In this document: positions 20,303 to 29,946 of the stretch, one piece after another
Layout of the letters: every line of letters starts with the position of its first letter
Numbering within the stretch: the stretch's first letter is position 1
Origin: a bacterium
GTDB taxonomy: Bacteria > Patescibacteriota > Minisyncoccia > UBA6257 > GWB1-50-10
Assembly: GCA_021814805.1 (NCBI GenBank)
Contig: JAKAHT010000003.1
Span: forward strand, 8,486 to 42,915
Reading direction: 5' to 3'
DNA: 34,430 nt
Position numbers and translations under genes: made by a program
Notes under the pieces: model-generated
Database searches by the model: none
Told to the model about the DNA's origin: nothing
The model's input: only the letters and a program-made list of their open reading frames with translations

Positions 20303-20373
20303 TCGGGCTGCCGGGAATTGAACCCGGGTCGCACCCACCCCAAGGGTGTATACTGCCGTTATACTACAGCCCG
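20303..20373 (-). tRNA. tRNA-Pro(GGG)
   Basis: CGGGCTG/CAGCCCG acceptor (C1-G72, A73), CACCC-TTGGGGT-GGGTG anticodon arm, CCGGG-TTCAATT-CCCGG T arm; CCA not encoded. Confidence 0.95.
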
Positions 20374-20571
20374 AAGGGTCTTAGGTTTTTTCTTGTTTAA
20401 AGTTTTGATACATTTAGTGCAAACAAGCACTCTTTTCTTCACATCGGGAATACGAGCCCACTGTAGATTGGCTTGTTTTTTAGTCCAGTTGGTCGGATTG
20501 AACTTACCGCGGAGTTTTATCCGCGTTCCGCCCATCTTATATGATTTTCCGCAAACGGCACACTGACGCAT
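20359..20571 (-). CDS. rpmB: 50S ribosomal protein bL28
   Basis: MRQCAVCGK...ANLQW...VCTKCIKTL, zinc-ribbon type; start moved to ATG 20571 because the TTG at 20607 is the -35 box. Confidence 0.9.
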   Translation of the reverse strand: MRQCAVCGKSYKMGGTRIKLRGKFNPTNWTKKQANLQWARIPDVKKRVLVCTKCIKTLNKKKPKTLRAVV

Positions 20572-20578
20572 AGCTTGT

Positions 20579-20607
20579 AGATTATCAAAAGGTGAATATT
20601 CTGTCAA
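20579..20607 (-). promoter_or_regulatory. Sigma70-type promoter for rpmB and tRNA-Pro
   Basis: TTGACA-N17-TAATCT, 7 nt before the ATG. Confidence 0.65.
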
Positions 20608-20640
20608 TTAAAAACCTGCCTGTTCCGGCGATTGAAATAC

Positions 20641-21282
20641 TTAACCTACCGTAACTTGTTTGTAAGTGCCGGATGGAAAGTCGAATTCGTAGAATGAAGG
20701 GTTATCCTGAGATCCTACTTGGAAAACGACACTTTGCGTTCCCGGCGTCACCGAAAAATTAAGAATCCCATCTACAGAACCTTGAGGAGGCATTGCCTTG
20801 AAAGCCCCCACAATATTATTAGCTTCAATATTGGACCCCGAAGAACTGAATATTTGAATCAAGCTTCCGATATCGACAGCACTGTAACTTGAGGCCGAAT
20901 CGGTAAAAACTTTGACGCTCACGGCTATGTTTCCGTCCGGACTTTCGGACATTTTATTTATCAAAATAGTCAGGTTGGTTTGAGGGGATAAGTCAGAACT
21001 TGAAGTGGCGTTGAAAAGAATACTCGAATTGACGGTCAAAGGAGACGACGGAGACGACGTAGCTGGTTCGGTGCCCGTTACGGAAGAAGAAGGCTCGTTT
21101 AGAACCGTACTTGTCCCAGCAAGAGGCAGAGTGGTTGTGCCGGAAGATCCGTTTTGAGAGGCGTTTTCTCCCAAGACGTTTTCCATATTGCTGATTTTCT
21201 GAAAAATAAGATAAAAACCACCGATGAATATGAGAAGCAAGACGACCAAAAGAACATAAATTGTTTTCAAATTCTTAGTCAT
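20641..21282 (-). CDS. Hypothetical membrane-anchored protein
   Basis: N-terminal TM helix, Ser/Thr/Pro-rich linker, beta-rich C-terminal domain (Ig-like fold is an inference). Confidence 0.82.
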   Translation of the reverse strand: MTKNLKTIYVLLVVLLLIFIGGFYLIFQKISNMENVLGENASQNGSSGTTTLPLAGTSTVLNEPSSSVTGTEPATSSPSSPLTVNSSILFNATSSSDLSPQTNLTILINKMSESPDGNIAVSVKVFTDSASSYSAVDIGSLIQIFSSSGSNIEANNIVGAFKAMPPQGSVDGILNFSVTPGTQSVVFQVGSQDNPSFYEFDFPSGTYKQVTVG

Positions 21283-21288
21283 ATGTAC

Positions 21289-21317
21289 ATTATAACAGAT
21301 TAAATATGTTATATTAT
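21289..21317. promoter_or_regulatory. Back-to-back extended -10 promoters in a 42-bp divergent spacer
   Basis: Minus strand TGtTATAAT 6 nt before ATG 21282; plus strand TGtTATATT 9 nt before ATG 21325. Confidence 0.55.
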
Positions 21318-21324
21318 TTGTGTA

Positions 21325-21957
21325 ATGGCGATAACTATTTTTGGAATAATAGTCTTGATTTTTTCAGCGGTCATCCACGAGGTGTCTCACGGCTTCATTG
21401 CCGACAAATTGGGCGACCCGACCGCCAGGCTTTCCGGAAGGCTAACACTCAACCCTTTGAAGCATCTTGATCCATTCGGTTCGGTGATACTTCCGATACT
21501 TTTATCTTTGATACCCGGCGGCATAATATTCGGCTGGGCTAAGCCGGTACCCTACAACCCTTACAATCTCAAGGATCCAGAAAAGGGGGCGGCCAAAATA
21601 GCCTTGGCTGGTCCCTTGAGCAACCTGGTTTTGGCTTTGATTTTCAGCATCGTCTTCAGGATAACGGCAGCGGAGACAGGCGGAATATTTTATAATCTCA
21701 ACGAACTTTCCGGCATAATAGTCCTCATAAACATAGTCCTCGGCGTATTCAATATGGTTCCCATACCGCCGCTCGACGGGGCTAAAGTCATAACCGCTGT
21801 CATACCCGACAGAGCTTATAAAGTTAAAAGATTTCTTTCGGAAAACAATCCCTACGGATGGATAATTCTTATAGCCTTTATATTCTTCGGATTGTCGGTA
21901 ATAGATCCGGTCATATCTTTCCTCTTTAAAATTTTCACCGGTGTTCCGATATACTAG
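21325..21957 (+). CDS. Site-2 protease family (M50) intramembrane metalloprotease
   Basis: HEVSH, GDPTA..GRLTLNP, GWAKPVP, AGPLSN, NMVPIPPLDG. Confidence 0.95.
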   Translation: MAITIFGIIVLIFSAVIHEVSHGFIADKLGDPTARLSGRLTLNPLKHLDPFGSVILPILLSLIPGGIIFGWAKPVPYNPYNLKDPEKGAAKIALAGPLSNLVLALIFSIVFRITAAETGGIFYNLNELSGIIVLINIVLGVFNMVPIPPLDGAKVITAVIPDRAYKVKRFLSENNPYGWIILIAFIFFGLSVIDPVISFLFKIFTGVPIY

Positions 21958-21966
21958 CCTAAAATG

Positions 21967-21995
21967 TTGACATTTATTGGGTTATTGTTTATTTT
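21967..21995 (+). promoter_or_regulatory. str operon promoter
   Basis: TTGACA-N17-TATTTT, 24 nt before rpsL. Confidence 0.6.
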
Positions 21996-22019
21996 TAATA
22001 CTACGTTTCAAAGGAATAA

Positions 22020-22436
22020 ATGCCTACAGTAAATCAATTGATAAAAAAGGGCAGAACAACTGCCAAGAAAAAATCTAAGGCTCCAGCTTTGGAATTTTAT
22101 TTCAACTACTTAAAAAACAAGCCGGTCGATTCTTCGTCACCTTTCAAAAGAGGGGTGTGTTTGAAGGTTTTCACCACCACCCCCAAGAAACCTAACTCGG
22201 CTTTGAGAAAAGTGGCGAGGGTGAGACTTACGAATGGCATGGAAGTCACGGCTTATATACCGGGCGAAGGACACAATCTTCAAGAACACTCCGTCGTCGT
22301 AGTCCGCGGCGGCCGCGTTAAAGACCTGCCCGGCGTCAGGTATCACATAATAAGAGGGGTTCTCGATACTCAAGGAGTGGGAGCCAGAAAACAGCAACGT
22401 TCCAAATACGGCGCCAAGAAAGCAAAATCCCAATAG
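22020..22436 (+). CDS. rpsL: 30S ribosomal protein uS12
   Basis: [29 protein letters not shown]. Confidence 0.99.
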   Translation: MPTVNQLIKKGRTTAKKKSKAPALEFYFNYLKNKPVDSSSPFKRGVCLKVFTTTPKKPNSALRKVARVRLTNGMEVTAYIPGEGHNLQEHSVVVVRGGRVKDLPGVRYHIIRGVLDTQGVGARKQQRSKYGAKKAKSQ

Positions 22437-22440
22437 TAAA

Positions 22441-22911
22441 ATGAGAAGAAAAAATTTCAAAAAAAGAGAACACAAAGCCGACAGCATCCAGGGAAGGGTG
22501 GATATCGGAAGATTCATAAACTATTTGATGAAGGACGGCAAGAAAGTGACCGCCGAGAAAATATTTGCGGATTCGTTGAAGCATATAGAAAAAATAGCCA
22601 AAGAAGATCCGTTCAAGGTTTTCGACAGGGCTATCGAAAACGCTACGCCGCTTCTCGAAGTAACTTCAAAAAGGATAGGCGGAGCCAATTATCAGATTCC
22701 GAGAGAAGTAAGAAGCGAAAGGAAATTCTTTTTGGCCACTCATTGGATAATAGAAGCGGCCAGAAACAAAAAAGGAAAATCAATGGCTGAAAAACTGGCC
22801 GAAGAAATAATCGCCGCCGCTAAAAACGAAGGGACGGCTATAAAGAAAAAGCAGGACACTCACAGAATGGCTGAAGCCAATCGTGCCTTTGCAAGCTATC
22901 TCCGAGGTTAA
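22441..22911 (+). CDS. rpsG: 30S ribosomal protein uS7
   Basis: [30 protein letters not shown]. Confidence 0.98.
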   Translation: MRRKNFKKREHKADSIQGRVDIGRFINYLMKDGKKVTAEKIFADSLKHIEKIAKEDPFKVFDRAIENATPLLEVTSKRIGGANYQIPREVRSERKFFLATHWIIEAARNKKGKSMAEKLAEEIIAAAKNEGTAIKKKQDTHRMAEANRAFASYLRG

Positions 22912-22916
22912 AACTT

Positions 22917-25022
22917 ATGCCACGACAATACCCATTGGAAAAGGTTAGGGATATAGGCATCATTGCTCACATCGATGCCGGAAAAACGACCACCTCAGAG
23001 CGCGTCCTTTTTTATACAGGAGTTTCTCATAAAATAGGCGAAGTGCATGAAGGCGATACTGTCATGGATTGGATGGAACAAGAAAGAGAAAGGGGGATAA
23101 CCATAACTTCCGCCGCCACTACTTGTTTTTGGATTCCGACATACGCCAAAGGAGATAAATCTCACGAGTATCGGATGAACCTCATCGATACGCCGGGACA
23201 CATAGATTTCACGGTGGAGGTGAAGAGGTCTCTCCGCGTTTTGGACGGCGCCGTCGTTGTTTTCGACGGAGTGGCTGGAGTTGAGCCCCAATCCGAAACC
23301 AATTGGCACTATGCCGATGAGTATAATGTGCCGAGAATCTGTTTCATTAATAAACTCGACAGAATGGGGGCCAGCTTTGATTTTAGTTTTAATTCAATAA
23401 TAGAGCGCCTGACACCCAATGCGGTCGCCATGCAAATACCGATAGGCTTGGAATCGGAGTTTTCGGGTGTGATAGATCTCCTTTCTATGAAAGCTGTAAG
23501 ATTCAACGGCGAGCACGGAGAAAAAATAATTGAAGAAGAAATACCGGCGGAACTCTTGGAAGAAGCCAAGAAAAAGAGGCACGAACTCATAGAAAAAATA
23601 GTTGAGAAAGACGACGTTTTGATGGCCGAATATCTGGAAGGTAAAGAACCGAGCGTGGAATCTTTAAAGAAGATTTTGAGAAAAGAAACCATAGCTAACA
23701 GACTGGTTCCGGTTTTTTGCGGATCGGCTTTGCAAAACAAGGGAGTTCAATTGGTTTTGGACGCCGTCGTCGATTATCTTCCTTCTCCGCTCGATATGCC
23801 TCCCGTCAAAGGAACAAACCCTAAAACCGGCCTCGAAGAAGAAAGACATGTCGGCGACGAAGAACCTTTTTCGGGATTGGCTTTCAAAATAGCCACTGAT
23901 CCTTTCGTGGGATCTTTGACTTACTTCAGAGTTTATTCGGGAACGATAAAAAGAGGCAGTTACATATTAAACTCAACCAAGAACTCGCAGGAAAGAATCG
24001 GCCGAATGGTTCGAATGCACGCCAACCACAGAGAAGAAGTGGAAGAACTTTATGCTGGAGATCTCGGTGCTATAGTGGGCCTTAAGAACACCACAACCGG
24101 AGACAGCTTAACCGATCCGGAGCATCCGATAATACTCGAAAAAATAATTTTCCCGGAACCGGTTATCTCGGTAAGGATAGAACCCAAGACGAAGGCCGAT
24201 CAGGAAAAAATGGGTATAGCTTTAAGGAGGCTTTCGGAAGAAGATCCGACCTTCCGAGTTTCCGGAGATGAAGAAACAGGCGAAACCATAATAGCCGGCA
24301 TGGGCGAACTACATCTCGAAATAATAGTCGACCGAATGAAGAGGGAATTCGGAGTTGAAGCTTCGGTCGGACGCCCGCAGGTCGCTTACAAAGAAACCGT
24401 GAAAGGTTCAGCTGAAGCCGAAGGAAAATACATAAGACAATCTGGCGGCCGGGGACAATACGGACACGTTTGGCTCAAAGTGGAAACTCTGGAACGCGGA
24501 GCCGGATTCGAATTTGTTGACTCCATAAAAGGAGGAGTGATCCCCCAGGAATTCATACCGGCCGTCGAAAAAGGAGTCAGAGAGGCTTTAGGAAGAGGAA
24601 TACTGGCCGGCTATCAGCTGATAGATATGAAAGTGACTCTGTTTGACGGATCGTATCACGATGTTGACTCTTCGGAATTCGCTTTCAAAATAGCGGCTTC
24701 CATGGCCCTTCAAGAAGCTTGTCAAAAAGCCAAGCTGATACTTTTGGAACCGATAATGAAAGTTCAAGTCATCGTGCCGCCGGACTTTTTAGGCGATGTT
24801 ACGGGAGACTTGAGCTCCAAGAGAGGAAAAATAAAGTCTATGGGCGAGAGAGGCACCATAAGGGTTATAGACGCCAACGTGCCACTTTCCGAGATGTTCG
24901 GCTATTCGACATCGCTCCGGTCGATGACTCAAGGAAGAGGCTCGTTCAATATGGAATTTTCGCACTATGAAGAAGTTCCTCAGAACGTGGCTCAAGCCAT
25001 AATAGAAGGCAAAAAGAAATAG
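22917..25022 (+). CDS. fusA: Elongation factor G
   Basis: [41 protein letters not shown]. Confidence 0.99.
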   Translation: MPRQYPLEKVRDIGIIAHIDAGKTTTSERVLFYTGVSHKIGEVHEGDTVMDWMEQERERGITITSAATTCFWIPTYAKGDKSHEYRMNLIDTPGHIDFTVEVKRSLRVLDGAVVVFDGVAGVEPQSETNWHYADEYNVPRICFINKLDRMGASFDFSFNSIIERLTPNAVAMQIPIGLESEFSGVIDLLSMKAVRFNGEHGEKIIEEEIPAELLEEAKKKRHELIEKIVEKDDVLMAEYLEGKEPSVESLKKILRKETIANRLVPVFCGSALQNKGVQLVLDAVVDYLPSPLDMPPVKGTNPKTGLEEERHVGDEEPFSGLAFKIATDPFVGSLTYFRVYSGTIKRGSYILNSTKNSQERIGRMVRMHANHREEVEELYAGDLGAIVGLKNTTTGDSLTDPEHPIILEKIIFPEPVISVRIEPKTKADQEKMGIALRRLSEEDPTFRVSGDEETGETIIAGMGELHLEIIVDRMKREFGVEASVGRPQVAYKETVKGSAEAEGKYIRQSGGRGQYGHVWLKVETLERGAGFEFVDSIKGGVIPQEFIPAVEKGVREALGRGILAGYQLIDMKVTLFDGSYHDVDSSEFAFKIAASMALQEACQKAKLILLEPIMKVQVIVPPDFLGDVTGDLSSKRGKIKSMGERGTIRVIDANVPLSEMFGYSTSLRSMTQGRGSFNMEFSHYEEVPQNVAQAIIEGKKK

Positions 25023-25027
25023 AATAA

Positions 25028-25067
25028 TTGACAAAATTTGGAAAATTGAGGAAAATTGTTCTACAAT
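25028..25067 (+). promoter_or_regulatory. Internal promoter(s) for tuf
   Basis: TTGACA-N17-GAAAAT and overlapping TTGGAA-N18-TACAAT in the fusA-tuf spacer. Confidence 0.5.
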
Positions 25068-25115
25068 ATTAAGGTAAAAATAAAAAATTAGGTCGAATAA
25101 TAAAAATAAAAAACA

Positions 25116-26315
25116 ATGGCAGAAAAAGAAAAATTTGTAAGAAGCAAGCCCCACGTTAACGTTGGAACCATAGGACACGTAGACCACGGGAAGACCACTT
25201 TGACCGCGGCGATTACGCACGTCCTCCACATGAAGGGGCTGGCTAAAAAAGAAGAAGCAGTTGATCAGATCGACAATGCTCCGGAGGAAAAAGCTCGCGG
25301 CATTACGATAGCGCTTCACCACTCCGAATATGAGTCGGAAAAACGTCACTATGCTCACATCGATGCTCCGGGACACGCCGATTACATCAAGAACATGATA
25401 ACCGGCGCCGCCCAGATGGATGGAGCCATATTGGTTGTTTCAGCAGCCGATGGACCGATGCCTCAAACAAGAGAACACATTCTCCTCGCGAGGCAAGTAG
25501 GCGTGCCGGCAATAATAGTTTTCTTGAATAAAGTTGACATGGTCGATGATCCCGAACTCGTCGATCTCGTCGAATCAGAAGTGAGAGAACTTTTGAAGAA
25601 ATATCAATTCCCGGGCGACGAAGTTCCTATAATAAGGGGTTCGGCCTTGAAAGCTTTAGAATCGAAATCAGCCGACGACGAAGCCGCCAAACCGATATTG
25701 GATTTGGTGAAAGCTTTGGATGAATACATACCCGAACCGGTCCGCGCAACCGACAAACCGTTCCTTATGCCTATCGAAGATATCTTCTCTATTGAAGGAC
25801 GAGGAACAGTTGTGACCGGAAGAGTGGAAAGGGGAATGGTTAAAGTAAACGACGAAATTGAAATAATAGGCTTGAAGCCTACTCAAAAGACTGTGGTTAC
25901 CGGAATAGAAATGTTCCAAAAGATCTTGGATGAAGGTGTCGCCGGAGATAACGTGGGAGTTTTACTCCGCGGCTTGAAGAAAGAAGACGTTGAAAGGGGT
26001 CAGGTTATAGCCAAGCCCGGCAGCGTCACGCCGCACACCGAATTCACGGCTGAGGTTTACGTCTTGTCCAAAGAAGAAGGTGGTAGACATACTCCTTTCT
26101 TCAAAGGCTATAAACCGCAGTTCTATATAAGAACTACCGATGTCACCGGAGAAGTTACTCTTCCCGAAGGAACGGAAATGGTAATGCCCGGAGATACGGT
26201 TAATATAACCATCAAATTGATAGCTCCGGTCGCTCTCGAAGAAAAGCAAAGGTTTGCCATAAGAGAAGGAGGCAAGACTGTCGGTGCCGGAGTCGTCACG
26301 AAGATAATAAAATAA
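25116..26315 (+). CDS. tuf: Elongation factor Tu
   Basis: [46 protein letters not shown]. Confidence 0.99.
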   Translation: MAEKEKFVRSKPHVNVGTIGHVDHGKTTLTAAITHVLHMKGLAKKEEAVDQIDNAPEEKARGITIALHHSEYESEKRHYAHIDAPGHADYIKNMITGAAQMDGAILVVSAADGPMPQTREHILLARQVGVPAIIVFLNKVDMVDDPELVDLVESEVRELLKKYQFPGDEVPIIRGSALKALESKSADDEAAKPILDLVKALDEYIPEPVRATDKPFLMPIEDIFSIEGRGTVVTGRVERGMVKVNDEIEIIGLKPTQKTVVTGIEMFQKILDEGVAGDNVGVLLRGLKKEDVERGQVIAKPGSVTPHTEFTAEVYVLSKEEGGRHTPFFKGYKPQFYIRTTDVTGEVTLPEGTEMVMPGDTVNITIKLIAPVALEEKQRFAIREGGKTVGAGVVTKIIK

Positions 26316-26340
26316 GCTCATTGATTCCTTTATATTTCCC

Positions 26341-26673
26341 ATGCCTAAAAAAGAAGAAAAATCAGAAAAAGACAAATTGAGAATTAAGATAAAAGCTTAC
26401 GATTCGAAGCTTATCGATAATTCCGTGCGTCAAATAATAGAAACTATAAAGAGGCAGGGCGGAACAATAGTCGGTCCGGTACCTCTTCCGACGGAATTCA
26501 AAAAATATACCGTCAATCGATCGACTTTCGTCCATAAAAAATCCAGGGAACAATTCGAACTTAGAATACACAAAAGACTCCTTGATATTTTAAATCCGGA
26601 ACAAAAGATTATAGAATCTTTGACAGATTTAAATCTCCCTTCAGGAGTGGATGTCGAAATAAAGATGGGCTAA
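26341..26673 (+). CDS. rpsJ: 30S ribosomal protein uS10
   Basis: RIKIKAYD, GPVPLPT, SREQFE..IHKRL, LPSGVDVEI. Confidence 0.98.
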   Translation: MPKKEEKSEKDKLRIKIKAYDSKLIDNSVRQIIETIKRQGGTIVGPVPLPTEFKKYTVNRSTFVHKKSREQFELRIHKRLLDILNPEQKIIESLTDLNLPSGVDVEIKMG

Positions 26674-26675
26674 AT

Positions 26676-26705
26676 TTGACAGAAAGGACCGATTCAGGTT
26701 AGAAT
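26676..26705 (+). promoter_or_regulatory. Promoter between rpsJ and rplC
   Basis: TTGACA-N18-TAGAAT immediately after the rpsJ stop. Confidence 0.55.
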
Positions 26706-26724
26706 GGGCTAAAGAGACAAGTAG

Positions 26725-26764
26725 CCAAAAAAACAACCGGGCGAAGTCTCGGTTGTTTTTTTGG
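26725..26764 (+). terminator. Terminator/attenuator-like hairpin ahead of rplC
   Basis: Perfect 15-bp inverted repeat CCAAAAAAACAACCG/CGGTTGTTTTTTTGG including a T7 tract. Confidence 0.75.
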
Positions 26765-26777
26765 AATGCGAACTTAT

Positions 26778-27197
26778 ATGAAACTTACCGGAACAAAATT
26801 AAAAATGTCACAAATATGGAAGGGCGACAATGTCATCGCCGTTACCCCTGTTAAGATCGACGAAAAGGAAAATCTTGAAGAAATAAAAGAAGGGGAAAAG
26901 GTGAAGGTAAGCGGAAAAATAAAAGGCAGAGGATTCCAGGGAGTGGTCAAAAGACACGGTTTTGCCGGAGGTCCTAAAAGCCACGGTCAAAAAGACAGAT
27001 TGAGAGCTCCCGGATCAATAGGAGCTACGGCTCCACAAAGAGTCATAAAAGGAAGGAGAATGGCTGGCCACATGGGTACCAACAAGGTAACCTTGAAAAA
27101 TTTGGAAGTTTTGGAAATAAAAAACGAAGATAAATTAATTATTCTTAAAGGAGCTGTTCCCGGTCCGGTCGGCGGAAAAGTGGAAATAAGAAAATGA
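26778..27197 (+). CDS. rplC: 50S ribosomal protein uL3 (internally shortened)
   Basis: KGRGFQGVVKRHGF, SHG...RAPGSIG, MAGHMG, KGAVPG; start at 26778 or 26766. Confidence 0.96.
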   Translation: MKLTGTKLKMSQIWKGDNVIAVTPVKIDEKENLEEIKEGEKVKVSGKIKGRGFQGVVKRHGFAGGPKSHGQKDRLRAPGSIGATAPQRVIKGRRMAGHMGTNKVTLKNLEVLEIKNEDKLIILKGAVPGPVGGKVEIRK

Positions 27198-27829
27198 AAA
27201 CTGATCTTTTCGACAAAACAAACAAAAAGATAGGAACTGTCGAGCTGCCCGACGGCATATTCAGTGTAAAATGGAACAATGACTTGGTTCATCAGGCCTT
27301 CGTCGCTTTTACCGCGAACCAGAGGAAACCCTGGGCTCATACCAAAGATCGTTCAGAAGTTCAAGGAGGAAAAAAGAAACCGTGGATGCAAAAACATACC
27401 GGCCGTTCTAGGCACGGCAGTACGACTTCTCCTATTTGGGTGGGCGGAGGAATAACCTTCGGTCCGAGAAGCGACAAGGATTATTCAAAGAAGATAAATA
27501 CTAAAATGAAAAGGCTTGCTTTGTTTTCAGTTCTGTCAAAAAAATTTAAGGACGGGAACATAAAGATAGTGGACAATTTCGATTTGGAAGCGCCGAAAAC
27601 CAAGAAAGCCTCAGAAATATTGAAGAATTTTTTCGATAAATCGGCGAATCTCCTCATAATAACTGATCCTAAAAACAAAAACGCCGGACTGGCCTTCAGG
27701 AATATCCCCAAGGTTCAAATATCCAAGCCCAATTCCGTCAATATTTACGAGTCTTTACTCAGTAAAAACATTTTCTTTGAAAAAGAGGCCTTGGAGGCGT
27801 TTATAAAAAAATATCAGACCGAAAAATAA
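27194..27829 (+). CDS. rplD: 50S ribosomal protein uL4
   Basis: HTKDRSEV.GG..KPW.QK.TGR, SPIWVGGG..FGP, RNIP. Confidence 0.97.
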   Translation: MKTDLFDKTNKKIGTVELPDGIFSVKWNNDLVHQAFVAFTANQRKPWAHTKDRSEVQGGKKKPWMQKHTGRSRHGSTTSPIWVGGGITFGPRSDKDYSKKINTKMKRLALFSVLSKKFKDGNIKIVDNFDLEAPKTKKASEILKNFFDKSANLLIITDPKNKNAGLAFRNIPKVQISKPNSVNIYESLLSKNIFFEKEALEAFIKKYQTEK

Positions 27830-27835
27830 AAACCT

Positions 27836-28219
27836 ATGAGCTTTTTGAATATCAAAAAAGAAAAAACGCCGGTAAAGAATGAAACCAAGAAAGAGGTCAA
27901 GGAAGAAGTCAAAAAACCGGAAACCAAATCGGCGCCGGCGAAACATATTTCTAAAAACGTACTCGTCAAACCATGGATAACGGAAAAATCAACCGACCTT
28001 TCTGCGGAAAATAAATACGTATTTTTGGTTGCGAAGGATGCCACGAAACCACTGGTCAGAGAAAACGTGATGAAAAAATATAACGTCAAAGTGACCAATG
28101 TGGATATGGTTTACATCAAAGGTAAAGTGAAAAGTTTTAGAGGTAAAACTAGTAGGAGATCACCGGTCAAAAAAGCGATAATCACGCTCAAAAAGGGAGA
28201 TAAAATAGAAATTCAATAA
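27836..28219 (+). CDS. rplW: 50S ribosomal protein uL23
   Basis: KPWITEKS, YVFLV...ATK, KKAIITL; N-terminal charged extension. Confidence 0.95.
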   Translation: MSFLNIKKEKTPVKNETKKEVKEEVKKPETKSAPAKHISKNVLVKPWITEKSTDLSAENKYVFLVAKDATKPLVRENVMKKYNVKVTNVDMVYIKGKVKSFRGKTSRRSPVKKAIITLKKGDKIEIQ

Positions 28220-28220
28220 T

Positions 28221-29045
28221 ATGATAAAAAAATTAAATCCCAGAACGCCTAGCATGAGATCGATGACTGTAGCCGACTACAGGGTGATTTCAGATGTAAA
28301 AAGACATAAGAATCTGACTGAAAGACTCAAAAAAAATTCCGGACGGAATAATCAGGGCAAAATTTCAGTAAGGCACCAAGGTGGCGGAAACAAAATCATC
28401 TACAGGATGATAGATTTCAAACAAGCCAAAATGGGAATCCCCGGCAAAGTAGAAACCATAGAATACGATCCTTACCGGTCGGCCTTCATCGCTCTCGTTC
28501 TTTACGCTGACGGAGAAAGAAAATATATATTGGCTCCCCACGGAATAAAAACGGGTGCCGTGATAGTTGCCGGACCGGAAGCTCCCATAGAAATAGGCAA
28601 CAGAACAATTTTAAAGAGGATACCGGTTGGATCATTCGTTCACAACGTTGAAATACAACCGGGCAAAGGCGGCCAGCTCATAAGATCAGCCGGCTCTTCA
28701 GCTCAGGTTCTGGCTCACGAAGACGGCTATACCCATCTTAAAATGCCATCGGGAGAAATAAGAAAAATATCTTGGGATTCTTATGCTTCTATTGGACAAA
28801 TATCCAATCCAGAATATAATTTGGTATCTATAGGCAAGGCCGGCCGTTCAAGATGGCTCAACATCCGTCCGACGGTCAGAGGCTCAGTAATGAACCCCCG
28901 CGATCACCCCTACGGAGGCGGCGAAGGTCGCCAGCCGAGAGGTACCAGGAAACCGAAAACCAAATGGGGTAAGGTAACCGGCGGCCATAAGACCAGGAGA
29001 AAAAACAGATATTCCAACAAATTGATAGTAAAAAGAAGAAAATAA
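28221..29045 (+). CDS. rplB: 50S ribosomal protein uL2
   Basis: [38 protein letters not shown]. Confidence 0.99.
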   Translation: MIKKLNPRTPSMRSMTVADYRVISDVKRHKNLTERLKKNSGRNNQGKISVRHQGGGNKIIYRMIDFKQAKMGIPGKVETIEYDPYRSAFIALVLYADGERKYILAPHGIKTGAVIVAGPEAPIEIGNRTILKRIPVGSFVHNVEIQPGKGGQLIRSAGSSAQVLAHEDGYTHLKMPSGEIRKISWDSYASIGQISNPEYNLVSIGKAGRSRWLNIRPTVRGSVMNPRDHPYGGGEGRQPRGTRKPKTKWGKVTGGHKTRRKNRYSNKLIVKRRK

Positions 29046-29047
29046 CC

Positions 29048-29365
29048 ATGTCCAGATCAGCTAAAAAAGGTCCTTTCGTGGATCCAAAACTTTTGAAGAA
29101 AATATCGAAATTCAAACCGGGAGAAGCGCCGGCTATTAAGACATGGTCCAGAGATTCGGAAATTTCTCCTGAAATGGTCGGTCTCACTTTTTTGGTTCAT
29201 AACGGTAAAGATTTTATAGAAGTAAGGACCAGTGAAGATATGGTCGGCCACCGTCTGGGGGAATTCGCTCCGACGAGGAAATTTATAAGGCACGGAGGAA
29301 AAATGCAAAGGGAATTGGAAAAAGGAACCACTCCGGCTGCTCCGGCCGCAGGACAGAAAAAATAA
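29048..29365 (+). CDS. rpsS: 30S ribosomal protein uS19
   Basis: [30 protein letters not shown]. Confidence 0.98.
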   Translation: MSRSAKKGPFVDPKLLKKISKFKPGEAPAIKTWSRDSEISPEMVGLTFLVHNGKDFIEVRTSEDMVGHRLGEFAPTRKFIRHGGKMQRELEKGTTPAAPAAGQKK

Positions 29366-29371
29366 AAAGAT

Positions 29372-29911
29372 ATGGCTACAAATTTGACGGAGATAAAAAC
29401 CCAACTCAAATATTTAAGAATCCCAGCTAGAAAGGTGCGTTTTGTGGCCGAGGTTGTCAAAGGTTTGCCGGTTGATGAAGCCGAAGCCAAACTCACAATC
29501 GCCTCAAGAAGACCAAAAGACCCGATTTTAAAACTTATAAGATCGGCGGTTTCCAATGCCAAAACCAACCATAAAATAGATCCCGAGAAGTTGTATATAA
29601 AGAATATAACTGTCGATCAGGGTCCGATGTTCAAAAGATGGATGACGAGATCCCGTGGCGGAGTGGACATGATTCAAAAGAAAACCAGCCATATAACGCT
29701 CACCTTGGGAATATCGGATAAAAATCCCAAGCGCCGATTCGCCATAATCAAACCCGAAAAGGAAAAGAAAGAGGAAAAACCTTCAAAGAAAGAGGAAAAA
29801 GAAAATAAATCAAAAACGGAGGTTATAAAAGAAATGAAGGAAACCAATGAAATCAAACCTGCCAAAGAACCGGGTAGCTTTAATAAAGTCTTCAGAAGAA
29901 AAGCAATATAA
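29372..29911 (+). CDS. rplV: 50S ribosomal protein uL22 with C-terminal extension
   Basis: RKVRFVA, SAVSNA, VDQGP..KR, KKTSHIT. Confidence 0.96.
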   Translation: MATNLTEIKTQLKYLRIPARKVRFVAEVVKGLPVDEAEAKLTIASRRPKDPILKLIRSAVSNAKTNHKIDPEKLYIKNITVDQGPMFKRWMTRSRGGVDMIQKKTSHITLTLGISDKNPKRRFAIIKPEKEKKEEKPSKKEEKENKSKTEVIKEMKETNEIKPAKEPGSFNKVFRRKAI

Positions 29912-29946
29912 AATATTTAAATAATTAGAAATTTAGATACAAATCT

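Noticed and set aside
20264..20566. 100-aa plus-strand ORF
   Set aside because: Antisense to tRNA-Pro and rpmB, and starts within a terminator hairpin
21041..21059. Tandem 9-mer GGAGACGAC x2
   Set aside because: Encodes part of a low-complexity Ser/Pro linker; too short to be an array
22080..22140. About 13-aa insertion in uS12 after APAL
   Set aside because: Known indel shared with Firmicutes and other lineages; streptomycin-relevant Lys residues are canonical
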